64,000 bases of DNA. It comes from Parcubacteria group bacterium (GTDB lineage Bacteria; Patescibacteriota; Minisyncoccia; Moranbacterales; UBA2206). The stretch lies in NCBI GenBank assembly GCA_041659505.1, contig JBAZYF010000002.1:51966-115965 (forward strand), given 5' to 3'. Positions 27,330-35,986 of the stretch are shown piece after piece (the first letter of the stretch is position 1; each line of letters opens with the position of its first letter). The position numbers were made by a program, and so were the translations under genes. Under the pieces are notes generated by a model. The model was given only the letters and a program-made list of their open reading frames with translations. It did no database searches and was not told the origin of the DNA.

Positions 27330-27466
27330 TTAGCGTTTCGCCCACTTATGGGTCGCTCCGCTCCTTCAAACCCCTCGGTTTGAATAATTCCGCCAACTGA
27401 AACCTCCCGGTTTCCGACCCTTCCCCACCACATTGTGCAAAAAGATTTACTATCTTTTTGCCCACT
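27330..27466 (-). other. Structured insertion duplicating the rpsI 3' end
   Basis: Two W-A-K-R-stop codings (27450-27466 and 27330-27346) flank a multi-hairpin sequence. Confidence 0.75.
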
Positions 27467-27902
27467 GTGGACTTTTTCTCGCTTTCTTGAGTCCCGGTTT
27501 CTTTCTTTCTACCACTCTGGCGTCTCGGGTGAGGAAGCCCTCGGCGCGCAGAACTTTTCTCAGACTCTCGTCAAATTTAATGAGCGCTCGGGAGATTCCC
27601 AAACGGATCGCTTCGGATTGGGCGTTGATTCCCCCGCCAACTACTTTTACAGTCACATTGAATTTCTCGGAAAGTCCCACGGAGGTCAAGGCGGATTTTA
27701 CCGTGTCAGAAAAACGAGCGACAGAAAAATATTCTTCCAATTTTTTGTCATTGACCAAGGTGTCAGTCGGCGTGTCAGTCGGATAGATGCGGACTTGCGC
27801 AATGGCGGTTTTTCTTTTGCCGACGGCATAGAGATATCTCCCAGCCTCGGATTTTTCTACCACTGCGTCCTTTTCAATTTTAGCTTTTTTCTTGTCTATC
27901 AT
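27450..27902 (-). CDS. rpsI: 30S ribosomal protein S9
   Basis: GKRKTAIAQV, GGGINAQSEAIRLG, RDARVVERKKPGLKKARKSPQWAKR. Confidence 0.97.
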   Translation of the reverse strand: MIDKKKAKIEKDAVVEKSEAGRYLYAVGKRKTAIAQVRIYPTDTPTDTLVNDKKLEEYFSVARFSDTVKSALTSVGLSEKFNVTVKVVGGGINAQSEAIRLGISRALIKFDESLRKVLRAEGFLTRDARVVERKKPGLKKARKSPQWAKR

Positions 27903-27912
27903 AGTATAAGTA

Positions 27913-28305
27913 TTAGTTAGTTGTTCCATTGATCGCGTGAGTGTGCTTATCATCGACATAGATTAAAAGTCGTTTCATCATCTTGTCGCGCAGTTTGTTT
28001 TTGCAAAGCATGCCATAGACTGCGTCTTTGATCACTTTTCGAGAATCTTTTTCGATCTGATCATTGAGTGTCGTCGCAGTGATTCCACCTGGATAACCGG
28101 AAAAACGGTAATAAATTTTTTTCTCCCCCTTGCCATAGGCGATTTTAACATTGTCCGAGTTGGTCACAACCACGAAATCGCCTCCATCGACGTGTGGAGC
28201 GAAATCAACCTTGTTCTTCCCTCGCAAAATCCGAGCAATTTCGGTTGCCATTCGGCCAGGGGTCTTATCTGTCGCATCAAAAAGATGATATTTTCTAGTA
28301 ATCAT
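27913..28305 (-). CDS. rplM: 50S ribosomal protein L13
   Basis: GRMATEIA..LRGKNK, PHVDGGDFVVV, SGYPGG. Confidence 0.96.
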   Translation of the reverse strand: MITRKYHLFDATDKTPGRMATEIARILRGKNKVDFAPHVDGGDFVVVTNSDNVKIAYGKGEKKIYYRFSGYPGGITATTLNDQIEKDSRKVIKDAVYGMLCKNKLRDKMMKRLLIYVDDKHTHAINGTTN

Positions 28306-28309
28306 AGGT

Positions 28310-28675
28310 TTAGTAGACGAATTCGATAACGGCAATTCTTGCAGAATCGCTTTTTCTTGGCGCTAATTTAATTATTCTGGTATACCCACTGCTTCTTTTC
28401 TCAAATTTATCCAAAAATTCTCCGGTCAGCTTTTTCATCGCCATCGCGGGAATATATTTTTTAAGATCACGAACCACAGCCAATTTTCGCACCGGATCCT
28501 TGGCTTTTTTGGCCTTATTGATCAGTCGATCGATCTTACCTTTCAGTTCCTTGGCTTTCGCTTCAGTCGTCTCGATCTTTTCGCGCATGATCAAACTGCC
28601 GAGCATCGTACGGAACAATGCTTTTCTTTGATTCATCTCTCGTCCCAATTCCCTTCCCTTATTTTGATGTCGCAT
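28310..28675 (-). CDS. rplQ: 50S ribosomal protein L17
   Basis: MRHQ..GRELGR, IETTEAKAKE, GYTRIIKL. Confidence 0.96.
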   Translation of the reverse strand: MRHQNKGRELGREMNQRKALFRTMLGSLIMREKIETTEAKAKELKGKIDRLINKAKKAKDPVRKLAVVRDLKKYIPAMAMKKLTGEFLDKFEKRSSGYTRIIKLAPRKSDSARIAVIEFVY

Positions 28676-28697
28676 AAAATTTTAACTTAGTCTTCTC

Positions 28698-29666
28698 TTA
28701 GTCTTCTTTCTTGAGATTAATTCCAAAGTCTCCGATCGCTTTTTTAATTTCCTTGATACCTTTCGCTCCCATTCCTTCCAATTCTCCCACTTGCACTTCG
28801 GTCAATTTAACAATATCAGCAACAGTAGCGATATTAGCTTTTTCCAATACATTCAATGTTCTAGTAGAAAGATTCTTGAGTGCGGTCACTTCCGTTTTGG
28901 TCACATCTTCAGTGACAACTTCAGCCACTTCCGCCTCAATTGGAGCTTCGACGACTTCTTCTTCGATAACCTCCTCCACTTCTTTGATTGAAGTTAGAAC
29001 TGAGAATTGATCACCAAGAATCTTCACGGCTTGAGCGAAAGCGTCTTTGGGTGAGATACTCCCATCAGTCGCCACTTCAAGGATAATCTTTTCAAAATCA
29101 GTCCGCTTCCCGACGCGCATATTTTCAATCGTATAGTTCACGCGGCGGATCGGAGTATAGATTGCATCCAATGCAATCATGCCAACTTCTTTTTTATCTC
29201 TTTGTTGTTGGTCAACTGGTACATAGCCGATACCATTTTCTACTTCCATTTCCATATCAAATTCACCCTTAGCATTGGTGATCGTCGCAATTGGAGCGTC
29301 TTTTGTAATCACTTCCACATCCGTCGGACATTTGATCATTCCGGCAGTGATCACCTTTTCCCCTTTCACACTCAGCGTTACAGTTACCGGCTCATCTTTG
29401 TGTGATTTCAGGCGGACTTGTTTCAAATTAAGCACGATCTGGATCACATCTTCCAACACATTAGGGATCGTAGAAAATTCATGTTTCACGCCCTTGATCT
29501 TGACAGAAGTGATGGCAGAACCTGGCAATGAAGAAAGAAGCACGCGGCGCAGAGCATTACCTACGGTTGTTCCATAGCCCGGATAACAACCATCAATTTC
29601 AAACCTGCCAGTCTTTTCATCGACAGGAATATATTTAGGTTTTTGCGGTAACGTTATTGCTTGCAT
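28698..29666 (-). CDS. rpoA: RNA polymerase alpha subunit
   Basis: GYGTTVGNALRRVLLSS, HEFSTI, RVGKRTDFE, alpha-CTD LSTRTLNVL. Confidence 0.97.
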   Translation of the reverse strand: MQAITLPQKPKYIPVDEKTGRFEIDGCYPGYGTTVGNALRRVLLSSLPGSAITSVKIKGVKHEFSTIPNVLEDVIQIVLNLKQVRLKSHKDEPVTVTLSVKGEKVITAGMIKCPTDVEVITKDAPIATITNAKGEFDMEMEVENGIGYVPVDQQQRDKKEVGMIALDAIYTPIRRVNYTIENMRVGKRTDFEKIILEVATDGSISPKDAFAQAVKILGDQFSVLTSIKEVEEVIEEEVVEAPIEAEVAEVVTEDVTKTEVTALKNLSTRTLNVLEKANIATVADIVKLTEVQVGELEGMGAKGIKEIKKAIGDFGINLKKED

Positions 29667-29739
29667 TTGTTTGTAAAATTTAATAATTAGGGAAGATTTA
29701 ACGTTAGTTTCTTAGACTTAACGCTCTTCCAAATTTTAA

Positions 29740-30375
29740 TTATCGAGAGTAATATTCCACCACCACTTGAGCATCGACGCCTATTCCAATTTCTTCACGA
29801 GTTGGAAGGCTGATCACTTTTCCTTCAAGTTTAGCTGAGTCAAATGAGATCCAACTTGGAAAATCTTGTTTATTCTTAAGTGCTTGATCGATATTTTTGA
29901 AATAATTCTTCTGTTCCTTGCCAGCTTTGATACTGATCACCTGTCCGACTTTCACTTCATAGGAAGGGATAGAAACCTTGCGACCATTGATAGCGATCAG
30001 TCCATGATTGACCAATTGTCGCGATTGTGCGCGGGAAGCGCCAAAGCCCATCCGATAAACCACATTATCCAGCCGGGTTTCCAAGCGGATAAGCAGCAGG
30101 TCGCCTGTTACGCCTTTTTTGCCCTTAACATCACTGAAGTGTTTACGAAATTGTTTTTCCAAAACACCATAGATGCGCTTGATTTTTTGTTTGGCTGCGA
30201 GCTGGATACCGTATTCACTGCGGTTTCCCCGCGACATTTTTTTGCCGTGGACTCCAGGAATATAGGCGCGTTTAACCATTCCACATTTTGGACCGTTGCA
30301 ACGGTCACCTTTGAGGAATAATTTTTCCATCGCTCTGCGACATTTTCGACATTGTGCTTCAGTATCTCTAGCCAT
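29740..30375 (-). CDS. rpsD: 30S ribosomal protein S4
   Basis: CRKCRR, RLDNVVYRMG, ARQ-like SRQLVNHG, VVEYYSR. Confidence 0.97.
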   Translation of the reverse strand: MARDTEAQCRKCRRAMEKLFLKGDRCNGPKCGMVKRAYIPGVHGKKMSRGNRSEYGIQLAAKQKIKRIYGVLEKQFRKHFSDVKGKKGVTGDLLLIRLETRLDNVVYRMGFGASRAQSRQLVNHGLIAINGRKVSIPSYEVKVGQVISIKAGKEQKNYFKNIDQALKNKQDFPSWISFDSAKLEGKVISLPTREEIGIGVDAQVVVEYYSR

Positions 30376-30428
30376 ATGCTCTTTCTAAATAAATAATTTA
30401 ACGTATCTCTTTAATCTTTATTATAAAT

Positions 30429-30467
30429 CTTGTCCGCCGTATCCGCCGGCTGGCGGAGCAGGAGGAT
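30429..30467. repeat. CTTGTCCGCCGTA...GGAGGAT repeat with inner TCCGCC-GGCT-GGCGGA hairpin
   Basis: Ends shared with the 24356 and 31691 copies; different inner hairpin. Confidence 0.65.
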
Positions 30468-30952
30468 TAAACTCGACGCGGTTTCTTAGCGCGACAACCA
30501 TTGTGTGGAATTGGAGTCGTATCTTTGATCATTGTGATTTCAAAACCGTTGTTTGCGAGAGCGCGGATCGAAGCTTCTCGTCCAGAACCAACTCCCCGGA
30601 CAAAAACTTCCAATTCCTTCACTCCATATTTACGCACTTTTTCTGTCACATTCGCAACAACCTGAGTCGCAGCATATGGAGTGGCTTTTTTAGCACCCTT
30701 GAAACCCAAAAGTCCGGATGAGCACCAGCCCAAAACTCCGCCCGTACTGTCAGAAATATTGACCAGCGTATTGTTGTAGGAACATTTGACGGTTGCACGG
30801 CCTTTCTGCACTTGCCTTTTGGCCTTTTTAACTTTTTTGGCTTCCGGCTTAACTTCTTCGCCAGCTAGAGTGGAAAGAATCGCCTCATCAGAAATTTTCG
30901 CAACTGGAGCAGTCGCGTCTTTGGCCTTTTTTTGTTCTGTATCGTTCGTCAT
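30467..30952 (-). CDS. rpsK: 30S ribosomal protein S11 (N-terminal extension)
   Basis: SYNNTLV, GFKGAKKATPYAA, GVGSGRE, TPIPHNGCR. Confidence 0.97.
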   Translation of the reverse strand: MTNDTEQKKAKDATAPVAKISDEAILSTLAGEEVKPEAKKVKKAKRQVQKGRATVKCSYNNTLVNISDSTGGVLGWCSSGLLGFKGAKKATPYAATQVVANVTEKVRKYGVKELEVFVRGVGSGREASIRALANNGFEITMIKDTTPIPHNGCRAKKPRRV

Positions 30953-31035
30953 AATAATATAAATCACTTTAGTTATACCCGCCTTCGTAATTTACCTACC
31001 CACAGAGATTGGATTTACATCTCTTAGTTTGTCCA

Positions 31036-31063
31036 CTGGATTCCCGCCTTCGCGGGAATGACA
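31036..31063. repeat. Single GTCATTCCCGCG..GCGGGAAT hairpin repeat
   Basis: CTGGATTCCCGCCTTCGCGGGAATGAC, same as the MITE termini. Confidence 0.85.
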
Positions 31064-31074
31064 ACTTTTTATTT

Positions 31075-31461
31075 CTACGTCTTTTCGGTCTTAACACGGC
31101 CAGATCCCATCGTGCGTCGCACATTGCCACGGACGGTTCGGTTATTGGTTTTGGTTCTTTGTCCGCGGACAGGCAAACCTCTTTGGTGCCGCACGCCACG
31201 GTAGCATCCCACTTCTTTCAAGCGTTTTACGTTTTCGCGTACTTCCAATTTCAAATCACCTTCAATCTTGATCTTTTTCTCGACATAGCTTCGGATACTG
31301 TTCTGCTCTTCTTCAGTCAAATCTTTTGTGCGCTTGTTCTTGTCGATTTTAAGCTCAGCCAAAACATCTCCGGCAGTATTCTTACCAACTCCGTAGATAT
31401 AGGTGAGGGAAATCTCGATTCTTTTATTGTCAGGCACGTTTACTCCAGCGATTCTTAACAT
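31075..31461 (-). CDS. rpsM: 30S ribosomal protein S13
   Basis: [35 protein letters not shown]. Confidence 0.97.
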   Translation of the reverse strand: MLRIAGVNVPDNKRIEISLTYIYGVGKNTAGDVLAELKIDKNKRTKDLTEEEQNSIRSYVEKKIKIEGDLKLEVRENVKRLKEVGCYRGVRHQRGLPVRGQRTKTNNRTVRGNVRRTMGSGRVKTEKT

Positions 31462-31494
31462 ATGATGATTTATGAGAATTGATTAAAAGTTTGC

Positions 31495-31608
31495 TTAACC
31501 CTGGCGTTGTTTATGCTTGGGATTAGAACAAATCACAAAAAGCACGCCTTTTCTTTTGACGGTCTTGCACTTATCACAAATTTTTCTCACAGATGCTTTG
31601 ACTTTCAT
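31495..31608 (-). CDS. rpmJ: 50S ribosomal protein L36 (not in the ORF track)
   Basis: Manual translation [37 protein letters not shown]. Confidence 0.96.
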   Translation of the reverse strand: MKVKASVRKICDKCKTVKRKGVLFVICSNPKHKQRQG

Positions 31609-31690
31609 AGTTTGTATTATTAATCCTAAAATAAACTCTTACTCTCTTTAGCTAGTAAAACCTTTAAAATTTTCACCAGCGAGCTCGTCA

Positions 31691-31726
31691 CGCCGTAGTT
31701 CTGAGTACCCTCAGAACGAAGGAGGA
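31691..31726. repeat. CGCCGTAG-hairpin-CGAAGGAGG repeat
   Basis: CGCCGTAGTTCTGAGTACCCTCAGAACGAAGGAGGA. Confidence 0.75.
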
Positions 31727-31740
31727 GTATTTTCAAATTT

Positions 31741-31962
31741 TTATTTAAGCCGTTGAACGACTCGACCTTTAGTCAGATCATAGGGACTCATTTCGACTAG
31801 CACGCGATCGCCTGGGATAAGTCGGATATAGTTCACGCGCATCTTGCCTGAGATATAGGCCAGAATTTCATGATTATTAGGCAGCTTAACTTTGAAAGTC
31901 GCGCTGGGCAAAAGCTCAACGACCACACCTTCTAATTTTACTACTTCTTTGTCTTGTGCCAT
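31741..31962 (-). CDS. infA: Translation initiation factor IF-1
   Basis: [32 protein letters not shown]. Confidence 0.97.
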   Translation of the reverse strand: MAQDKEVVKLEGVVVELLPSATFKVKLPNNHEILAYISGKMRVNYIRLIPGDRVLVEMSPYDLTKGRVVQRLK

Positions 31963-32141
31963 AAGATATTGTTGGACATAAAACTAAGCATAAAAAAATA
32001 GACGGAATTTCTCAAAGCGTCAAAACCAAAAGCATTTTAGCTTTTAGTGATTACCCTTCGAGAAAAAGAGATGGTCCAAGTTCTTGCAGTCTAGATTTCC
32101 CTCTATTTGGACTAATATTTAGTTTTGTAATGTCTTTAACT

Positions 32142-32170
32142 ATATTAGCGACTTTTCATTTGCTTGTCAA
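32142..32170 (-). promoter_or_regulatory. Sigma70-type promoter for the infA/alpha operon
   Basis: TTGACA-17 nt-TAATAT on the minus strand. Confidence 0.65.
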
Positions 32171-32183
32171 TAGCCAAGCATAT

Positions 32184-32212
32184 TTGACGATTTTACCGTA
32201 AAGCATTATACT
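32184..32212 (+). promoter_or_regulatory. Sigma70-type promoter for the T-box/thrS transcript
   Basis: TTGACG-17 nt-TATACT. Confidence 0.7.
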
Positions 32213-32229
32213 AAAGACACAAAAATCCG

Positions 32230-32441
32230 ATGAAGCGTTGACGTGGACTCACCAACCACCGAGTTTCTGCCAAAAGCTGGCAAAACAGCTTAACTAAAGT
32301 GTCCCGCCTTGGGCGGGGAAATTGAGTGGAACCGCGGAGATTACTTTTAGAAATAAAAGCAACCCGTCTCAAGCATCTGTTTTTAAGTTTAGAAAGGCCA
32401 TGATAGGCTTTTCTGAAAACAGACTTTGAGACGGGTTTTTT
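32230..32441 (+). ncRNA. T-box riboswitch (Thr) with intrinsic terminator
   Basis: T-box GAG-TGGAACC-GCGG (32324-32337) pairs with CCGTCTC (32364-32370); competing terminator ending TTGAGACGGGTTTTTT; stem III CCCGCC/GGCGGG; ACC in the stem I loop; lies upstream of thrS. Confidence 0.85.
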
Positions 32442-32443
32442 GT

Positions 32444-32680
32444 TTAACAATGGAGATAGGGCGCGGGTGGTAAGTTATCCTCACCACACTTTATGCAAAC
32501 ACCCTTCAGGACGATCCGAATTGGTTCCCCAGAATCACCCATCTGAACCACGTGGAAAGTTTCATAGGCACCTCCGCGAGACTCTACTTCACCACAACGC
32601 GGACACATCCATTCAACGCCAGAGGGTAATTCCATTTCTCCCCCTTTAAAAAGAATCCCAACTGGAATTATCGTCGCCAT
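32444..32680 (-). CDS. Small CxxC...CxxC zinc-ribbon protein
   Basis: CPRC and CIKC motifs; strong SD GGAGGT upstream of the ATG. Confidence 0.65.
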   Translation of the reverse strand: MATIIPVGILFKGGEMELPSGVEWMCPRCGEVESRGGAYETFHVVQMGDSGEPIRIVLKGVCIKCGEDNLPPAPYLHC

Positions 32681-32774
32681 ACTAACACCTCCCTCTTTTA
32701 TTGATAAACAGATTATTTTTTCAAAAAAACTAAGTCAGTACAAGAATAATTATTAATAACACTAAACAAATCAT

Positions 32775-34520
32775 ATGTCAACCGAACAAAAGAACGAAAA
32801 AATAGAAATATTGCGCCACTCGACTTCCCATGTCTTGGCGGCGGCGGTTTTGGAAATGTTTCCTGAGGCAAAATTTGCCATCGGTCCAGCCATCGAAAAT
32901 GGATTTTACTATGATTTCGATCTGCCAAGAACTCTTATTCCCGAAGATTTAGAAATTCTAGAAGAAAAGATGCGCGCCATCATCAAGGCCAATCATCCAT
33001 TTGAGCGAGCAGAAATTTCGATTGCGGAGGCAAGAGCGGATTTTGAAAAATTGGGGCAATTCTATAAAGTCGAATTGATCAATGACTTAGCCAAAGCGGG
33101 CAATGAAAATGTTTCGGTCTATAAGTCCGGCCCTTTCGTTGATCTTTGCTCGGGACCACACTTAGATTCCACCGGCGAAATTCCGGCCGACGGATTTAAA
33201 CTAACAAAAATTTCCGGCGCCTATTGGCGCGGGGATGAGAAAAATAAACAACTGCAACGGATATATGGCGTCGCCTTTTCCAATAAATCTGAATTGAAAG
33301 ATTATCTGCATATGATTGAAGAAGCGGAAAAAAGAAATCACGTCAAGCTCGGCAAAGAGTTAAGACTGTTTTCCACACATCCAGAAGGACCAGGTTTTCC
33401 ATTTATCCATCCCAAGGGCATGTTGATTTGGAATGAATTGATCGGATATTGGAAGGAAGAGCACACAAAAGAAGGTTACCAGGAGATAAGCACTCCAATC
33501 ATCTTGAACAAGGCTCTGTGGGAAAAAAGCGGACATTGGGATCACTACAAAGATAATATGTATTTTACCAAAATTGATGATGCTGATTATGCAGTAAAAC
33601 CGATGAACTGCCCGGGAGGAATTTTGGTCTATAAATCCGACCTGCACAGCTACAAAGAATTTCCCCTCAAACTGGCAGAAATCGGGCTGGTCCATCGCCA
33701 TGAACTTTCCGGAACTTTGAACGGCCTTTTCCGTGTGAGAATGTTTCGTCAGGATGACGCGCACATCTATTGTATGGAAAATCAGATCAAGGACGAGATT
33801 AAAAAGTTGATCGGCCTCATCGATAGGATCTATGGAACCTTTGGCCTTTCTTATCACATGGAACTCTCCACCCGTCCGGAAAACTCGACTGGCACCGATG
33901 AGATGTGGAAAACAGCGGAAAATTCCCTGAAAGAAGCGCTGGCGGAGATAAAAGCAGATTATAAATTAAATCCTGGCGATGGTGCTTTCTATGGACCAAA
34001 AATTGATTTTCACATCAAAGATGCCATCGGTCGCACCTGGCAATGCGGAACGATCCAGCTGGATTTTTCCATGCCGGAAAGATTCGAACTGACCTACATC
34101 GGAGAAGATGGAAAAGAACACCGTCCAGTCATGCTTCATCGAGTCATCTATGGCGCAGTCGAACGTTTTATGGGCATCCTCATCGAACACTATGCCGGCG
34201 CGTTCCCAACTTGGCTCTCTCCCGTCCAAGTTATGATCATCCCGATCTCTGAAAAATTCAATGACTATGCTAAATCTATCGGGACGCAATTCATTGCATC
34301 TAATGTCCGCGCCTCCATCGACGATTCTAACGAATCCCTCGGCAAACGCATCCGCCTGGCGGAAAAACAAAAAATCCCCTACATCTTGGTTGTAGGAGAA
34401 AAAGAAATGACCGACGGATCGGTTGCAGTTCGCAAACGTGGAGAAGAAAAGAAGCAGGAGATTTTGAAGGTTGACGAGTTTTTGGAGAATGTGAAAAAGG
34501 AAATTGAAGAAAAGAAATAA
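32775..34520 (+). CDS. thrS: Threonine--tRNA ligase
   Basis: LRHSTSHVLA, DLCSGPH, KPMNCPG, GAFYGPKID, QCGTIQLDF, HRVIYG. Confidence 0.98.
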   Translation: MSTEQKNEKIEILRHSTSHVLAAAVLEMFPEAKFAIGPAIENGFYYDFDLPRTLIPEDLEILEEKMRAIIKANHPFERAEISIAEARADFEKLGQFYKVELINDLAKAGNENVSVYKSGPFVDLCSGPHLDSTGEIPADGFKLTKISGAYWRGDEKNKQLQRIYGVAFSNKSELKDYLHMIEEAEKRNHVKLGKELRLFSTHPEGPGFPFIHPKGMLIWNELIGYWKEEHTKEGYQEISTPIILNKALWEKSGHWDHYKDNMYFTKIDDADYAVKPMNCPGGILVYKSDLHSYKEFPLKLAEIGLVHRHELSGTLNGLFRVRMFRQDDAHIYCMENQIKDEIKKLIGLIDRIYGTFGLSYHMELSTRPENSTGTDEMWKTAENSLKEALAEIKADYKLNPGDGAFYGPKIDFHIKDAIGRTWQCGTIQLDFSMPERFELTYIGEDGKEHRPVMLHRVIYGAVERFMGILIEHYAGAFPTWLSPVQVMIIPISEKFNDYAKSIGTQFIASNVRASIDDSNESLGKRIRLAEKQKIPYILVVGEKEMTDGSVAVRKRGEEKKQEILKVDEFLENVKKEIEEKK

Positions 34521-35986
34521 TGCCACCAAAAACCTATTTTATCAAAACCTTCGGCTGTCAAATGAACATCTCGGATTCTGAAAGAATCGCCGGCCTCTTG
34601 GAAAGACCTCACCCCAACCCTCTCCTTAGTAAGGAGAGGGGGCTTAAATTAGCAAAAAATATTAACGAGGCAGATTTAGTTATTTTCAACACCTGCGGAA
34701 TCCGCCAAGCCGCGGAAAATAGAGCCTACAGCATTATTCATACCTTACGAAAATCACGACCAAAAATAAAAATTATTCTCACTGGCTGTCTCGCCAATCG
34801 CAAGGATGTTCAGGAAAGATTAAAAGATAAGGTTGATTTGTTTTGTGAAATTAAAGATTTTATAAAATTGGAAAATTGGATCATTAGAAATTGTTTAGAA
34901 ACCTTGCCTACCGGCAGGCAGGTTAGAAATTCGAAATTAGAAATTTTAGCACAAAAAGATGCTCTTCAGCGCGATAAAAATATAAACTATCTTTCCACTC
35001 TACCCAAGCATACCAACAAGCACCAAGCGCTTGTGCCGGTAATGACCGGCTGTAACAATTTCTGCTCCTATTGCGTCGTGCCATATGCTCGAGGACGAGA
35101 AGTTTCAAGGCCAGCTGAAGAAATAATCAACGAGATAAAAACTCTCATCAAAAACGGTTGCAGAGAAATAACGCTTTTGGGGCAGAATGTTAACTCATAC
35201 AATTACTCATCGCGCTCTAAATCCGAAGCCCTAGAAGCTAATGTGGTTTCTACACTAGATTCCCGCCTGCGCAGGAATGACAATAATACAATAACCTTTC
35301 CTAAACTGCTTCGAAAAATCGAAAAAATCCCCGGGCATTTTTGGATCCGGTTTATGTCGTCGCATCCGAAAGATTTTTCTGATGAACTCATTGAGACGAT
35401 TGCTAAATCAAAAAAGGTTTGCGAACACATTCATCTGCCGATCCAAGCTGGATCAGATAAGATTCTTGCTGCCATGAACCGCAAATATACCGCCCAACAC
35501 TATTTAGGTTTAATCAAAAAAATTCGCACTGCTTTCAAAAAGTTCAAACCCGATGCGCCCTATTCCATCACGTCAGATATTATTGTCGGTTTTCCTGGCG
35601 AAACCAAAAAAGATTTTCTCGAAACGGCAAGGATTATGGAAAAGGTAAAATACGACTTGGTCTATTTCGGCCAATTCTCTCCCCGCCCCGGCACAGTCGC
35701 TTGGAAATTGAAAGATAGTGTTTCAAAACAAGAAAAATCCCGCCGTGAAAAATATTTGAATGAAATTTTGGCTCGTACGACTTTTGCCAAGAATAAAAAA
35801 TATGTCGGTAAAATTTTGGAAGTTTTGGTAGACTCAGAAAAAAATGGATTTTATTTCGGACGCACTCGTTCAGGAAAAGATGTCAAAATAATCACCGACC
35901 AAAAAAACCTAACTGAGAAATTTGTAAAAGTTAAGATCACTAAGGCTAATATATGGAATCTAGAAGCTCGTTTGCTGGAAAAGTAG
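34520..35986 (+). CDS. miaB: tRNA methylthiotransferase MiaB, carrying in-frame repeat insertions
   Basis: TFGCQMN, NTCGIR, GCNNFCSYCVVP radical-SAM motif, DIIVGFPGE, TRAM domain; next to miaA. Confidence 0.92.
   Translation: MPPKTYFIKTFGCQMNISDSERIAGLLERPHPNPLLSKERGLKLAKNINEADLVIFNTCGIRQAAENRAYSIIHTLRKSRPKIKIILTGCLANRKDVQERLKDKVDLFCEIKDFIKLENWIIRNCLETLPTGRQVRNSKLEILAQKDALQRDKNINYLSTLPKHTNKHQALVPVMTGCNNFCSYCVVPYARGREVSRPAEEIINEIKTLIKNGCREITLLGQNVNSYNYSSRSKSEALEANVVSTLDSRLRRNDNNTITFPKLLRKIEKIPGHFWIRFMSSHPKDFSDELIETIAKSKKVCEHIHLPIQAGSDKILAAMNRKYTAQHYLGLIKKIRTAFKKFKPDAPYSITSDIIVGFPGETKKDFLETARIMEKVKYDLVYFGQFSPRPGTVAWKLKDSVSKQEKSRREKYLNEILARTTFAKNKKYVGKILEVLVDSEKNGFYFGRTRSGKDVKIITDQKNLTEKFVKVKITKANIWNLEARLLEK
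34607..34640. repeat. CCTCACCCCAACCCTCTCC..GGAGAGGG hairpin repeat, in frame in miaB
   Basis: 10-bp stem CCCTCTCCTT/AAGGAGAGGG; translated as PHPNPLLSKERG. Confidence 0.75.
34902..34922. repeat. 21-nt palindromic micro-element in miaB
   Basis: CCTTGCCTACCGGCAGGCAGG within TTAGAAA/TTGGAAA heptamer-like repeats. Confidence 0.85.
35255..35281. repeat. GTCATTCC-family hairpin, in frame in miaB
   Basis: CTAGATTCCCGCCTGCGCAGGAATGAC, translated as LDSRLRRND. Confidence 0.8.

Noticed and set aside
27330-27466. Group II intron remnant at the rpsI end
   Set aside because: No recognisable domain V and no consistent GUGYG...AY boundaries; kept only as an unclassified structured insert
33360-34612. Long antisense ORFs (within thrS, and similarly within rpsI, rpsD and gatB)
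   Set aside because: Shadow frames of conserved genes with no motifs of their own
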